Source: an uncultured Rivularia sp.
GTDB lineage: Bacteria > Cyanobacteriota > Cyanobacteriia > Cyanobacteriales > Nostocaceae
Assembly (NCBI GenBank): GCA_963665115.1
Contig: OY762007.1
Coordinates: forward strand, 8,288,001 to 8,352,000
Direction of reading: 5' to 3'
DNA length: 64,000 nucleotides
Part shown: piece after piece, positions 33,322-44,237 of the stretch
How the letters are laid out: each line of letters starts with the position of its first letter
Numbering within the stretch: position 1 is the first letter of the stretch
The notes under the pieces: generated by a model
What the model saw: only the letters and a program-made list of their open reading frames with translations
Told to the model about the DNA's origin: nothing
The model's database searches: none
Position numbers and translations under genes: made by a program

Positions 33322-34752
33322 ATGTCTTACTCTCAAACGAGAACTCAGTCTAAATCAGGGTATGAAGCTGGGGTAAAAGATTATAGATTAACTTATTACA
33401 CCCCCGATTACACTCCAAAAGATACAGACCTTTTGGCTGCTTTCCGGATGACTCCTCAACCCGGAGTACCCCCTGAAGAAGCTGGTGCCGCTGTTGCTGC
33501 TGAATCTTCTACAGGTACCTGGACAACAGTATGGACTGACTTACTTACCGACCTTGACCGCTACAAAGGTCGTTGCTACGATATCGAGCCAGTTCGCGGT
33601 GAAGATAATCAGTACATTTGTTATGTAGCTTATCCTCTGGATTTGTTTGAAGAAGGTTCTGTTACCAACGTTTTGACCTCGATTGTAGGTAACGTATTTG
33701 GTTTCAAAGCTTTGCGTGCGCTACGTTTGGAAGACTTACGTATACCCGTTGCTTACCTCAAGACATTCCAAGGACCTCCACACGGTATTCAGGTTGAGCG
33801 CGACAAATTAAACAAGTATGGTCGTCCTCTATTGGGTTGTACCATTAAGCCTAAATTAGGTTTATCCGCTAAGAACTACGGACGCGCTGTATACGAGTGT
33901 TTGCGCGGTGGTTTGGACTTCACCAAAGATGACGAAAACATCAACTCCGCACCTTTCCAAAGATGGAGAGATCGTTTTACATTCGTTGCTGATGCTATCT
34001 ATAAAGCACAAGCAGAAACCGGCGAAATCAAAGGTCATTACCTTAACGTAACCGCTCCTACTTGCGAGCAAATGCTCCAACGGGCTGAGTATGCGAAAGA
34101 GCTAAAAATGCCTATCGTAATGCATGACTACCTCACCGCAGGTTTCACCGCTAACACTACTTTGGCTCACTGGTGTCGCGACAACGGTATATTGCTGCAC
34201 ATCCACAGAGCTATGCACGCAGTAATTGACCGTCAAAAGAACCACGGTATTCACTTCCGCGTATTAGCTAAAGCGTTGCGTATGTCTGGTGGAGATCACA
34301 TTCACACTGGTACTGTGGTTGGTAAACTTGAAGGTGAACGCGGTATCACAATGGGTTTTGTTGACCTATTACGTGAAAACTACGTTGAGCAAGATAAGTC
34401 TCGTGGTATTTACTTCACTCAAGATTGGGCTTCCATGCCTGGTGTAATGGCAGTTGCTTCTGGTGGTATTCACGTATGGCATATGCCTGCACTATTAGAA
34501 ATCTTCGGCGATGACTCCGTACTACAGTTTGGTGGTGGTACATTAGGACACCCTTGGGGTAACGCTCCTGGTGCGACTGCAAACCGCGTTGCATTAGAAG
34601 CTTGCGTTCAAGCACGTAACGAAGGACGTAGCTTGGCTCGCGAAGGTAATGATATTATCCGCGAAGCTTGTAAATGGTCCCCCGAACTAGCAGCAGCTTG
34701 CGAACTTTGGAAAGAAATCAAGTTCGAGTTCGAGGCAATGGATACCGTCTAA
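33322..34752 (+). CDS. rbcL: RuBisCO large subunit (Form IB)
   Basis: GLDFTKDDE and full canonical sequence. Confidence 0.99.
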   Translation: MSYSQTRTQSKSGYEAGVKDYRLTYYTPDYTPKDTDLLAAFRMTPQPGVPPEEAGAAVAAESSTGTWTTVWTDLLTDLDRYKGRCYDIEPVRGEDNQYICYVAYPLDLFEEGSVTNVLTSIVGNVFGFKALRALRLEDLRIPVAYLKTFQGPPHGIQVERDKLNKYGRPLLGCTIKPKLGLSAKNYGRAVYECLRGGLDFTKDDENINSAPFQRWRDRFTFVADAIYKAQAETGEIKGHYLNVTAPTCEQMLQRAEYAKELKMPIVMHDYLTAGFTANTTLAHWCRDNGILLHIHRAMHAVIDRQKNHGIHFRVLAKALRMSGGDHIHTGTVVGKLEGERGITMGFVDLLRENYVEQDKSRGIYFTQDWASMPGVMAVASGGIHVWHMPALLEIFGDDSVLQFGGGTLGHPWGNAPGATANRVALEACVQARNEGRSLAREGNDIIREACKWSPELAAACELWKEIKFEFEAMDTV

Positions 34753-34855
34753 ATGTATTAGTTGTGAGTGTTTCGTTTTGGGTTTTAAGTTTAAAATCAC
34801 TTTAATTTAAAACTCAAAACTTATAACTCATAACTATTATGGGCTGGGGTCAAGT

Positions 34856-35272
34856 ATGGATATAAAGCAAATTGCCAAAGACACAGCCAAGATGCTGCAA
34901 AGCTACTTGACATATCAGGCAGTTAGAACGGTGTCGGCTCAAATTAATGAAACTAATCCTTATGTTGCGGCTTGGCTGCATCGTTTTTCTACCAAGGAAA
35001 GAATCCAGAATGGGGAAGCGTATATTGAGCAATTATTCTTAGAAAAGCCGGAATTGGCTTTAAGGATAATGACAGTCAGGCAGCACTTAGCGGAAGAAAT
35101 GACTGAATTTTTGCCAGAAATGGTTAGCACTGGAATTATCCAAGCCAATATGGAACACCGTCGTCAGCATCTTGAGCGGATCACGCAATTAGATTTATCT
35201 AACCCCAGCACTGAAGAAGAACAACAAACATTAGATAGTAACTCGGACGAAACTTCGAGCGAAAACAGTTAG
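34856..35272 (+). CDS. rbcX: RuBisCO assembly chaperone RbcX
   Basis: KQIAKDTAK.LQSYLTYQAVR; lies between rbcL and rbcS. Confidence 0.97.
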   Translation: MDIKQIAKDTAKMLQSYLTYQAVRTVSAQINETNPYVAAWLHRFSTKERIQNGEAYIEQLFLEKPELALRIMTVRQHLAEEMTEFLPEMVSTGIIQANMEHRRQHLERITQLDLSNPSTEEEQQTLDSNSDETSSENS

Positions 35273-35384
35273 GAGTTATGAGTTAGGAATTAGGAATTTT
35301 TATAAACAACTAACAACTAACAACTATCAACTAACAATTAGCAATTAACAACCATCAACTATCAACTAACAACTAAACAAAAAT

Positions 35385-35732
35385 ATGCAAACTTTACCAA
35401 AAGAGCGTCGGTACGAAACCCTTTCATACTTACCACCTTTAAATGACGCTCAAATTGCTCGTCAGATTCAATATATTTTAGACCAAGGTTATTTTCCTGC
35501 GATTGAATTTAACGAAACTTCCGAACCTACAGTAATGTATTGGACAATGTGGAAGTTACCTTTGTTCAATGCTAGAAGCCCACAAGAGGTAATGGCTGAA
35601 GTTCAAGGTTGCCGCTCTCAGTTTCCTAGCTGCTTCATTCGTGTAGTTGGTTTTGATAACGTTAAGCAATGTCAAATTCTTAGCTTCATCGTACACAAGC
35701 CCAACCAAGGTGGTGGTGGTTACAGATACTAA
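35385..35732 (+). CDS. rbcS: RuBisCO small subunit
   Basis: [23 protein letters not shown]. Confidence 0.98.
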   Translation: MQTLPKERRYETLSYLPPLNDAQIARQIQYILDQGYFPAIEFNETSEPTVMYWTMWKLPLFNARSPQEVMAEVQGCRSQFPSCFIRVVGFDNVKQCQILSFIVHKPNQGGGGYRY

Positions 35733-35785
35733 GGTTTGACTTTTGAAAGGTAGATAATTTCTGCTTTTGAGATAGTTTAAATCTT

Positions 35786-35818
35786 TTCCCTTCCTACGAA
35801 ATGTAGGGAGGGAATTTT
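35786..35818 (+). terminator. Intrinsic terminator after rbcS
   Basis: TTCCCTTCCTAC-GAAAT-GTAGGGAGGGAA then TTTT. Confidence 0.7.
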
Positions 35819-35900
35819 GGTTTTAATTGTAGTAACCCAATATAGTGGCTACGGACAAAAATTATTAATTAAAATAGAATAGCAAGATTGAATCGTTCAT

Positions 35901-37016
35901 ATGTCTAAGAAGGTAAAATCTTGTATGCATTCCAATTTAAATCAGTTTGCTACTCAAATAAATCAAATTGATTTAGAGCAACCGCGAAATGAACACTTTT
36001 TTGCCTTACCTACCCCACTCAGCAAGTGGCTAATTACAAATTTACTCAAAGGGAAAGAAGATAAGAACATCTTCATTTTGCTGGTGACGATAAATATTCT
36101 TTTGACAAGTCTACCTTTAGCCATTGGCTTATACGTGTTAGAAGGTAGAGTAAATAGCTTCTTGGTTTCTATCCTTGGTGCAGCTTATTTATATTTTCAC
36201 CTATCAACATATGCCAGATCGTTTATCCTTGCCCTCCATTACTCAACTCATACTCCAATTTTCAATAAAAAATGGAGATTTTTAAAACATATAAATATTA
36301 GTTTTTTATGTAATTTATTTGGTATTCCACCTTGGATATATTACTCCCATCATATTGCAATGCACCATTGCGAGAATAATACAACTCCCTACGATCTTAG
36401 CTCTACAATGCCTTATCAAAGAGATTCAAAGTGGCACCATTTTAAATATATGCTGCGCTTTGCTGTCGCAATTTGGGTTGAATTGCCTTATATTCTCTTC
36501 CTCAAAAAACTTTATAAATTAGTGCTGCGATGTGTCTTGGGTGAGTTGATTTTTTTTGCTGTTATTTCTTACCTTTTTACACAAAGTCCAATTGCCACTT
36601 TCTTTGTCTTCATCCTACCCTTGTTCGTCATTTCTTTTGCGATGATGCAAGGTAATTGGAAACAGCATATCTTTGTCGATCCAGAAGATCCAACGAATAG
36701 CTACAAATCAACATTTACTTGCATTAATACCCCTACAAACTCACGTAATTTCAATGATGGCTATCACATTGAACATCATAAAAATCCTAGTGTGGCTTGG
36801 TATCGTCTTCCAGAATATTTTCAAGGGAATCTTCAGGAATATGTTGAAAATGATGCCTTCATTTTTACAGGAATTGGCTCGATGGAAGTAGGAAGTTTGG
36901 TTCTCAACGGACAGTTAGATATACTAGCAGATTATTATCTTAATGTTGGACAAAAGCAACGAAGTAAAACAGAATTAGTTACAGAATTTGAGCGGCGGCT
37001 AATATGCATTAAATAA
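35901..37016 (+). CDS. Membrane fatty-acid desaturase family protein
   Basis: His boxes HYSTH, HHIAMHH, HIEHH; TM segments. Confidence 0.85.
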   Translation: MSKKVKSCMHSNLNQFATQINQIDLEQPRNEHFFALPTPLSKWLITNLLKGKEDKNIFILLVTINILLTSLPLAIGLYVLEGRVNSFLVSILGAAYLYFHLSTYARSFILALHYSTHTPIFNKKWRFLKHINISFLCNLFGIPPWIYYSHHIAMHHCENNTTPYDLSSTMPYQRDSKWHHFKYMLRFAVAIWVELPYILFLKKLYKLVLRCVLGELIFFAVISYLFTQSPIATFFVFILPLFVISFAMMQGNWKQHIFVDPEDPTNSYKSTFTCINTPTNSRNFNDGYHIEHHKNPSVAWYRLPEYFQGNLQEYVENDAFIFTGIGSMEVGSLVLNGQLDILADYYLNVGQKQRSKTELVTEFERRLICIK

Positions 37017-37037
37017 CTAGTTTTTAGTTTTTAGTTT

Positions 37038-37253
37038 GTAGGTTGGGTTAGACAATAAAATCAATTTGATCGGAAAACGAAAATTTATTAATCGTGTCGT
37101 AACCCAACATCATGGCTGCTCCAAAATAAAAATTATTTCAAAGAGCAATACAAAATTTTTTAAAATACCGGCGATAAAATGTTGGGTTACGGCACAATTA
37201 TGATTTCTGCTATTAAAAACGAATATTATAAGTGTGCTGCGAAGCTAACCTAC
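37038..37253. repeat. Four-armed GTAGGTTGGGTTA...AACCTAC REP-doublet element (diverged copy)
   Basis: Arms GTTGGGTTA/TAACCCAAC as in 45533-45724. Confidence 0.8.
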
Positions 37254-37336
37254 GAATTGATAACTGATAATTGATAACTGATTCACCGTTGCGTTAAAAT
37301 TCAAGCAGCGCAAGCATTCCCCGTAAAATCTACCTC

Positions 37337-38077
37337 ATGCTCGAAACCCTGCAAACTCAACTTTATCAACTCGAACAATTCGCGAATACGCTTGTTTCTA
37401 ACCAATTAACTCACCTCAGTTTATTTAGCATCGGCATTATTTTTTTGGCTGGATTGCTTACCAGTCTTACTCCTTGTATGCTTTCGATGCTGCCCATTAC
37501 TATTGGTTATATCGGCGGTTATGAAGCTAAAAGCCGGTTACAAGCAGCCGCTCAGTCTACTTGGTTTGCTTTGGGATTGGCCACTACTCTTGCAGGACTT
37601 GGTATTATAGCAGCAACGCTAGGAAAAGTTTACGGTCAAATTGGTATTGGTTTACCGATTGTTGTTAGCATCATTGCAATTTTGATGGGATTAAATCTAC
37701 TCGAAGCTTTACCTTTGCAGCTTCCTGATTGGGGTAGCACGGAATGGATTTCCCAAGAATTACCCCAAAGCGTGAGAGCATATTGTATCGGTTTGAGTTT
37801 TGGTTTGGTGGCTTCTCCTTGCAGTACCCCTGTTTTAGCAAGTTTGTTGGGATGGGTTGCTAATACCAAGGATTTAATTTTAGGTGCTGTTTTACTACTT
37901 TCCTATACAGCAGGTTATGTAACACCCTTGATTTTGGCGGGTACTTTTACTGCTTCAATTAAAAAGATAATCGAAATACGTCGCTTTTCTGGTTGGATTA
38001 ATCCGGTTAGCGGCGCATTATTAGTTGGATTTGGCGTATTTTCATTGATTTCTCGGATTCCTTTGGGAAGCTTGTAA
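37337..38077 (+). CDS. ccdA: Cytochrome c biogenesis protein CcdA
   Basis: LTPCMLSMLP and ASPCSTP motifs. Confidence 0.93.
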   Translation: MLETLQTQLYQLEQFANTLVSNQLTHLSLFSIGIIFLAGLLTSLTPCMLSMLPITIGYIGGYEAKSRLQAAAQSTWFALGLATTLAGLGIIAATLGKVYGQIGIGLPIVVSIIAILMGLNLLEALPLQLPDWGSTEWISQELPQSVRAYCIGLSFGLVASPCSTPVLASLLGWVANTKDLILGAVLLLSYTAGYVTPLILAGTFTASIKKIIEIRRFSGWINPVSGALLVGFGVFSLISRIPLGSL

Positions 38078-38208
38078 TTAGAGGGGGGAGAGGGGGTAGA
38101 GGGGGGAGAGGGGGAAGAGGGGGAGACAAGGAGACAAGGTGAAATTAGATAATTAAATCATTAACTCCTAATTCCTAACTCCTAACTCCTAATCCCAAAA
38201 CCCTCTAT

Positions 38209-38288
38209 AAACACATCCGTTGTTAAACACATCCGCTGCCAAACACATCCGTTGCCAAACACATCCGCTGCTAAACACATCCGTTGTT
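38209..38288. repeat. Five tandem 16-bp units AAACACATCCGYTGYY
   Basis: Units start at 38209, 38225, 38241, 38257, 38273. Confidence 0.95.
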
Positions 38289-38307
38289 AAAATCTAAAAT
38301 TAATTAA

Positions 38308-39714
38308 ATGTCTTTAGAAGAATCTTCAACAAAATCCCCGTTAACAGCATTCACCAGCTTTATCCGTAAAGAGTTTTTACCAGTACTTACAGATTTACGG
38401 TTAGCGATAATTTTGCTGTTGGCGATCGCTCTATTTAGTATTGCTGGCACTGTTATCGAGCAAGGGCAATCTATCGCTTTTTATCAAGAAAATTATCCCG
38501 AAAATCCGGCTTTATTTGGCTTTCTGACTTGGAAAGTGGTGATAATTGCGGGTTTGGATCGGGTTTATCGTACTTGGTGGTTTCTATCTTTACTTATCTT
38601 ATTTGGCACTAGTTTAACAGCCTGCACTTTCACCCGTCAGCTTCCGGCATTAAAAGCTGCTCGTCGTTGGAAATTTTTTGATAAGCCCCGGAGATTTCAA
38701 AAGTTAGCCTTAAGTGCGGAATTCGATGTTGAAAAAGATAGCTCTACGTCTATCCAAAATCTTACCGAAATTCTCCAACAGCGCCGCTACAAAGTTTTTC
38801 AAGAAGATACAGATAAACTTTACGCTCGTAAGGGAATTATCGGTAAAATTGGCCCGATAATTGTTCACATCGGCATCGTAGTTATTTTATTTGGTTCAAT
38901 TTTGGGCGCGATGACTGGTTTTATGGCTCAAGAAATGGTAGCCAGTGGCGATACATTCCAAATTAAAAATATCATAGATGCCGGACCTTTCGCAGCACCG
39001 CAAGTTACTAATGATTGGGCTGTAAAGGTAAATCGCTTTTGGATTGACTATACTTCCAGCGGCGGAATCGATCAGTTTTACTCGGATATGTCAGTATTAG
39101 ATAATGAAGGGAAAGAAGTAGATAAAGACACAATTTACGTTAACCATCCCTTGCGACATAAAGGAGTTACCCTTTATCAAACAGATTGGGGAATTGCAGC
39201 AGTCAAAGTAAGAGTTAACAAAAGTCCGATTTTTCAACTTCCAATGGCTTTACTCGATACCGGAGGAAAAGGAAGACTTTGGGGAACTTGGATTCCTACC
39301 AAACCAGATTTAAGTGAAGGTGTTTCTTTATTAGCTAAAGATTTACAGGGAACTGTATTAATCTACGATGCTACAGGTAAGCTAGTAAATACCGTCCGAG
39401 AAGGAATGTCCGCTGAAGTAAACGGCGTTACCTTAAAAATATTAGAAGTAGTTGGTTCTACAGGTTTGCAAATTAAAGCTGACCCAGGTATACCAGTAGT
39501 TTATGCTGGATTCGCTTTGTTGATGTTGGGAGTCGTAATGAGTTACTTTTCTCACTCTCAAGTATGGGTATTGCAGGAAGAAGATAATTTGTATGTTGGT
39601 GGTAAAACCAATCGCGCTCAAGTTGCTTTTGAAGGGGAAATGGTAGAGATTTTCGAGCAGATTAATGCTCAATCGAAGGGTGAAGCTACCAAGTCTTTGG
39701 TTTCGAGTTTGTAG
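38308..39714 (+). CDS. ccsB: Cytochrome c biogenesis protein CcsB/Ccs1 (ResB)
   Basis: DLRLAI, GTVIEQ, GPIIVH, VNHPL, KADPG. Confidence 0.93.
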   Translation: MSLEESSTKSPLTAFTSFIRKEFLPVLTDLRLAIILLLAIALFSIAGTVIEQGQSIAFYQENYPENPALFGFLTWKVVIIAGLDRVYRTWWFLSLLILFGTSLTACTFTRQLPALKAARRWKFFDKPRRFQKLALSAEFDVEKDSSTSIQNLTEILQQRRYKVFQEDTDKLYARKGIIGKIGPIIVHIGIVVILFGSILGAMTGFMAQEMVASGDTFQIKNIIDAGPFAAPQVTNDWAVKVNRFWIDYTSSGGIDQFYSDMSVLDNEGKEVDKDTIYVNHPLRHKGVTLYQTDWGIAAVKVRVNKSPIFQLPMALLDTGGKGRLWGTWIPTKPDLSEGVSLLAKDLQGTVLIYDATGKLVNTVREGMSAEVNGVTLKILEVVGSTGLQIKADPGIPVVYAGFALLMLGVVMSYFSHSQVWVLQEEDNLYVGGKTNRAQVAFEGEMVEIFEQINAQSKGEATKSLVSSL

Positions 39715-39936
39715 GTTTGTTGGTGTTTTACGCTCAATCGCCCTCACTCTGGAAGAGTGGGGCTACAGAAACAAAGCCCCTCCGGGTAAGGCTAACGCCT
39801 CGCTTCGCTAACGCTAGTTTGGGGGACGGAAACCGACACCCCCAACTAGACTCACCACCTGCGTGGGCTAATATTATGTCCAGCAACTCAATTTTTTGTA
39901 TCTAATTAATAATATATTTTTTTGGAACTATAGCTT

Positions 39937-40509
39937 ATGGCATTATCTATTCAGCCAACTTCAATACTCACCCTAGAAGAATTTTTAGAATTGTCAGAAA
40001 CAAAACCGGCAAGTGAATATATTGATGGGAGAATCTACCAAAAACCGATGCCACAGGGAAAACATAGCACTTTACAAATTGAGTTAGCTTCTGCAATTAA
40101 TCAAGTAAGTAAAGCTAATAAATTAGCTTATGCATTTACAGAGTTACGCTGTACCTTCGCTGGTGAATCCATTGTTCCAGATATATCTGTGTTTGAATGG
40201 CAAAGAATTCCTCTGGATGAAAATAATCAAATTGCGAATAAATTTGAAATAGCTCCCGATTGGGTAATTGAAATTTTGTCACCAAAACAATCTGCGAGCA
40301 AGGTGATTCGTAAAATTACATTTTGTATTAAAAATGGGACTAAATTAGGTTATTTTGTTGATGCTGAGGATGAATCAATTACAGTTTTTCAACCAAATCA
40401 ATTACCAGAGGTTAAAGAGAAACAAGATATTCTACCCGTGTTAGATGTTTTGAAAGATTGGCAACTAACCGTTGAAGATGTATTTAGTTGGTTGAATTTT
40501 TCTAAATAA
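39937..40509 (+). CDS. Uma2 family (DUF820) putative endonuclease
   Basis: TLEEFL..ETKPASEYIDG, VPDI, APDWVIEILSP. Confidence 0.9.
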   Translation: MALSIQPTSILTLEEFLELSETKPASEYIDGRIYQKPMPQGKHSTLQIELASAINQVSKANKLAYAFTELRCTFAGESIVPDISVFEWQRIPLDENNQIANKFEIAPDWVIEILSPKQSASKVIRKITFCIKNGTKLGYFVDAEDESITVFQPNQLPEVKEKQDILPVLDVLKDWQLTVEDVFSWLNFSK

Positions 40510-40789
40510 ATGTTCGGCAATTTGTTTTTTTGCTAAACAGAAATTTAAATGAAGATTTTAGAATTGGTTTTGCGTGTTAGATAGGTATAGGGCATTGAGA
40601 AATTGATATCAAAAGTGTTTTGCCGAATTATCGATACAACCTAAAATAAAAGAAGACGTAGCAGTGCTACGTCTCTACATTAGTTATATGTATTATTTTA
40701 AAGTTGAAATTCGGATTCTTTATAGCCAGTAAAAAAAGGTCAATAACTCCTAACTCATAACCTTTGACCTTTAACCTTTAACCTTTAAC

Positions 40790-41176
40790 CTATTTTTTAT
40801 GACTAACTTCAACAACGGTATGTACGTTACCGCGTGGTGTAAAGTCAGCCTTGACGGTAACTTCTAAGGGGTCGCAAGCTGCTACGATATCATCTAAAAT
40901 TTGATTGGCTGATTCTTCGTGGGAAATATATCTTTCCCTATAACTATTGATGTAAAGCTTGATTGCTTTTAACTCAACAACTTTTTCATCGGGGACGTAA
41001 TTTACATAAATAGTTGCAAAATCGGGATAGCCAGAAAACGGACACTTACAGGTAAATTCCGGCAAAGTAATACTGATATTGTATCTTCTTCCTATACGCG
41101 GATTGGGAAAAGTAATTAACTTTCCTTCCGAAATCTCGCGTTCGCCGTATTTTACTTCAGAATTTGTCTGAGTCAT
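40790..41176 (-). CDS. queF: NADPH-dependent preQ0 reductase
   Basis: EFTCKCPFSGYPDFA, ELKAIKLY, SHEE, TPRG. Confidence 0.95.
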   Translation of the reverse strand: MTQTNSEVKYGEREISEGKLITFPNPRIGRRYNISITLPEFTCKCPFSGYPDFATIYVNYVPDEKVVELKAIKLYINSYRERYISHEESANQILDDIVAACDPLEVTVKADFTPRGNVHTVVEVSHKK

Positions 41177-41327
41177 TTATATTTAATAATAATTAATAAT
41201 TTAAATAGAGAATTGGGCATTGGGCATTGGGCATTGGGCATTGATCCACAATATCCAATCCTTAAATTTACCTACATCTCTTATAATTCAACAACTCTTA
41301 ACTCCTAATTCCTAACTCCGGTGCTAA

Positions 41328-41726
41328 CTATTCGCCTTCCCAATCGGGACAACTTTCGTCTTCATATCCTGAAGGATGCATACCGCAAACGAGTAGATTG
41401 CCGTTGTAAACTTGTCCGTGATAGTTACTACAACCCATACAGGCTGGGTTTTGTTCTGCTGTGGGTTCAACAGGATAAGGGAAATGACCTTCTAAATCAT
41501 CTCCTAAAACATCTTCAAAATCCCAATAAACTTCCAAAAATGGTTCTGCTAAATCCTGTAAATATTGATCTACTTCAGAAAGTAACGAACTTTGAACCTG
41601 TTCGCTAAGTTCTTCAGTCATTTCAATAAAACTATCTACTACTTCCGTCATTCCCACGAAAAAGCGTTCTACTTCGTCCGATACCGATTTTACTGCGTCC
41701 GAAAAATCTTTTTGCCACTCATCCAT
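41328..41726 (-). CDS. Conserved cyanobacterial hypothetical protein with C-terminal Cys/His cluster
   Basis: Acidic N-terminus; ACMGCSNYHG...LVCGMHP...CPDW. Confidence 0.75.
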   Translation of the reverse strand: MDEWQKDFSDAVKSVSDEVERFFVGMTEVVDSFIEMTEELSEQVQSSLLSEVDQYLQDLAEPFLEVYWDFEDVLGDDLEGHFPYPVEPTAEQNPACMGCSNYHGQVYNGNLLVCGMHPSGYEDESCPDWEGE

Positions 41727-41979
41727 AAAAAAATAGTCCTCACTCTCTTAATCATAGGACATTTACTTCAACGCTTTTACTGCGTCTTCCGGAGGGTGGC
41801 AATTAACAAATATAACCATTTAGCACTTAAAAAACATTTGGGAAAATGCTTGATGTTGCGCGGGTTTAAAATACTAAAAGTACACCCCAAGGCATATTCT
41901 ATAATAATAATTCTGGAATGTCTGTTAATAATTTCCAGGAGACTACTTACTTTCAGTTAATAGTACAGGAATTAGTTAA

Positions 41980-42357
41980 TTATTTATCGCGCTGCAACCG
42001 ACGCAATTCTTCCTGCATCCGCTTAACTTGATCGCGTAATTTATCAACATCTTGGGGCTGGGATTCCTTTTCGGTGGGTTCATCCCCATCATCCAAAATT
42101 TCTATGCGACGGGGTTCGGTGCGAGTTGTAGTTTCGCCGCTGCCAACATTACTTGTTTGCGCTTGTTTCATCATGTCTTCCACAAACTTACGGGCTTCTT
42201 CTGAGTTCATTTCGCCCTTCGCAACCATTTCGTCTGCCAGCTTTTGCGCTTGCGATCGCAACTCGGCTAAAGTTCCACCTGCTTTTTCGCTAGCGTAAGA
42301 AGCTAACCCAACACCAAGGTAAAAAGCTTTTTTAGCAATATCTCCGAAACCAGGCAT
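41980..42357 (-). CDS. Phasin-like coiled-coil protein
   Basis: KKAFYLGVGLA...LADEMVAKGEM. Confidence 0.75.
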   Translation of the reverse strand: MPGFGDIAKKAFYLGVGLASYASEKAGGTLAELRSQAQKLADEMVAKGEMNSEEARKFVEDMMKQAQTSNVGSGETTTRTEPRRIEILDDGDEPTEKESQPQDVDKLRDQVKRMQEELRRLQRDK

Positions 42358-42383
42358 TATATGAGAATTCTCTATAAAAACTA

Positions 42384-42481
42384 GGACAGCCCGGAGTTTA
42401 CGCCTACTGTAAGCATCCCGTATTGCTGCTACCTTCCGGTCCTGACAAAATTTGGGCGTTGCAGTTGCATAAGTCCGAGCC
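42384..42481 (-). ncRNA. ffs: Signal recognition particle RNA (4.5S)
   Basis: Minus strand contains TCAGGACCGGAAGGTAGCAGCA (SRP helix-8 signature); ends pair GGCTCGGA/TCCGGGCT; about 98 nt. Confidence 0.93.
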
Positions 42482-42541
42482 TAAAAACTAATATAGCATT
42501 GATTTGTTTAAATGTGTGGCGAGCAGTGGGAAATTTGCTCG

Positions 42542-42808
42542 TTAATCAACTAGAAGTCGCCATTCGTATAGCTTATAGTCAACACAATTATTTGCAATCA
42601 AAGGGTCGCGAGATACAATAGCTTGGGCTTCCTCCATCGAAGCGGCTTCAAATAGCAACATTCCGCCACCATATTGCGCCCAATATCCCGTTTTTGCTTG
42701 ATGTCCTTTGTTTTTCAACTCTTCCACATAGGCTTTGTGAGCGGGGACATATTTATCAAAAATGGATTTCTCCACTTTTCCTTCTTCTATTTTTACAAAC
42801 CACGGCAT
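42542..42808 (-). CDS. YciI family protein
   Basis: H..YV..L, GGGMLLFEA, DPL. Confidence 0.85.
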   Translation of the reverse strand: MPWFVKIEEGKVEKSIFDKYVPAHKAYVEELKNKGHQAKTGYWAQYGGGMLLFEAASMEEAQAIVSRDPLIANNCVDYKLYEWRLLVD

Positions 42809-42966
42809 TTGATCCTATCTACTCCTGTAACGTTTCCTTTATTATTAAATGATTATCCTGTTATGGATAGTTGGGATATGCTTTCAAATCTCAAACTTTA
42901 ATTTTGGTCAGATTTTCCAGGAAAACATAATTTTTTTGAAAGTCCTGGTAATTATTCATTACTAAT

Positions 42967-43533
42967 ATGAGGTTTTTTATGGCTATTTTGCGACTTGAAG
43001 ACGATACTACATACACCGAAATCAGTGATATTCAACGCGAGCTTGCTCCTTTAAATATCCAAATTAATTCCTGGAAAATAGGAAACGACACAAAACTTAA
43101 GGCTTTATTAGCTCAAGATATGCTTAGTGATAGGGAAAAAGAGTACGTACTCAAAGGGCTTGATAAATACTTTCAAGAATTAGCCATAACTGCTGGGTAT
43201 CAAGAGCGTGACTTAATTGTGCTGCATTCGAGCGTCCCCAAACTTGAGGCGATGCTATCCAAATTCGATAAAATTCATACTCATGCCGACCCCGAAGTAC
43301 GATACATTATAGCCGGTGAGGGTATCTTTGGTTTTGTACGTCCCGACGGTAGCCAGGTAGAACTGACAGTGCAACCCGAAGACTATATTAACGTGCCTTC
43401 TGGTGTCGAACACTGGTTTTATTTGACATCATCGCGACAGATTAAAGCCGTGCGCTACTTCACAAATACAGAAGGTTGGGTACCCGATTACACCAATACG
43501 GAAATTCGCTTACGTCACGCAGTAGTACAGTAG
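42967..43533 (+). CDS. mtnD: Acireductone dioxygenase (cupin)
   Basis: HTH..PEVRY, VP.GVEHWF, AVRYF...GW. Confidence 0.9.
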   Translation: MRFFMAILRLEDDTTYTEISDIQRELAPLNIQINSWKIGNDTKLKALLAQDMLSDREKEYVLKGLDKYFQELAITAGYQERDLIVLHSSVPKLEAMLSKFDKIHTHADPEVRYIIAGEGIFGFVRPDGSQVELTVQPEDYINVPSGVEHWFYLTSSRQIKAVRYFTNTEGWVPDYTNTEIRLRHAVVQ

Positions 43534-43584
43534 ATTGGCGATCGCCCGATTGCTATTAATCCAAAATCTAAAATCTAAAATCCT

Positions 43585-44217
43585 ATGAGTATCGATCCAC
43601 GCCCTACTCTCATTTCTGCTGCTCGTCAGTTCTACCAAATGGGCTGGATGGTAGGTACAGCAGGCAATCTCTCGGCAAGAATATCAGATAGCAGCTTCTG
43701 GATTACTGGCAGTGGGTGTCCGAAAAACCAGTTGACTGCTGATGATTTTGTTCTGATGACTTTGGACGATAAAGACAAATTTTACTCAACTCCTAAGCAA
43801 TCTCATTCTCAAAAACGCCCATCAGCTGAGACGAGCATTCACGCAGCAATTTACAGTTTATTTCCAGATACCCAAGTTTGCTACCACGTACATTCCATTG
43901 AAAACAACTTAGTTTCTCGCTTTACGAAGAGTGATACTTTACCTTTACCACCTTTGGAAATGGTTAAAGGTTTGGGAGTCTGGCAAGAAAACCCACAAGT
44001 GACAATGCCAATCTTCGCCAATCATTTAGAAGTACCCCGGATTGCCGATGAGATTTATACTCGCTTTAAAGACACAAAACCACAAATACCAGCTTTACTA
44101 ATTCGAGATCACGGAGTTACTGTATGGGCTGATTCTTTAGAAGGTGCAAGCAATTATTTAGAGGTGGTGGAGTATATTTTTCGCTATATGGTAGCGAGTA
44201 AAAAGGTTAAAGGTTAA
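43585..44217 (+). CDS. mtnB: Methylthioribulose-1-phosphate dehydratase
   Basis: GWMVGTAGNLS, PSAETSIH, HVHS, RDHG. Confidence 0.92.
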   Translation: MSIDPRPTLISAARQFYQMGWMVGTAGNLSARISDSSFWITGSGCPKNQLTADDFVLMTLDDKDKFYSTPKQSHSQKRPSAETSIHAAIYSLFPDTQVCYHVHSIENNLVSRFTKSDTLPLPPLEMVKGLGVWQENPQVTMPIFANHLEVPRIADEIYTRFKDTKPQIPALLIRDHGVTVWADSLEGASNYLEVVEYIFRYMVASKKVKG

Positions 44218-44237
44218 AGTGCGTATAAATATAAAAT

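Noticed and set aside
38209..38288. Possible CRISPR array
   Set aside because: 16-bp units are contiguous with no unique spacers, and no cas genes are in the window.
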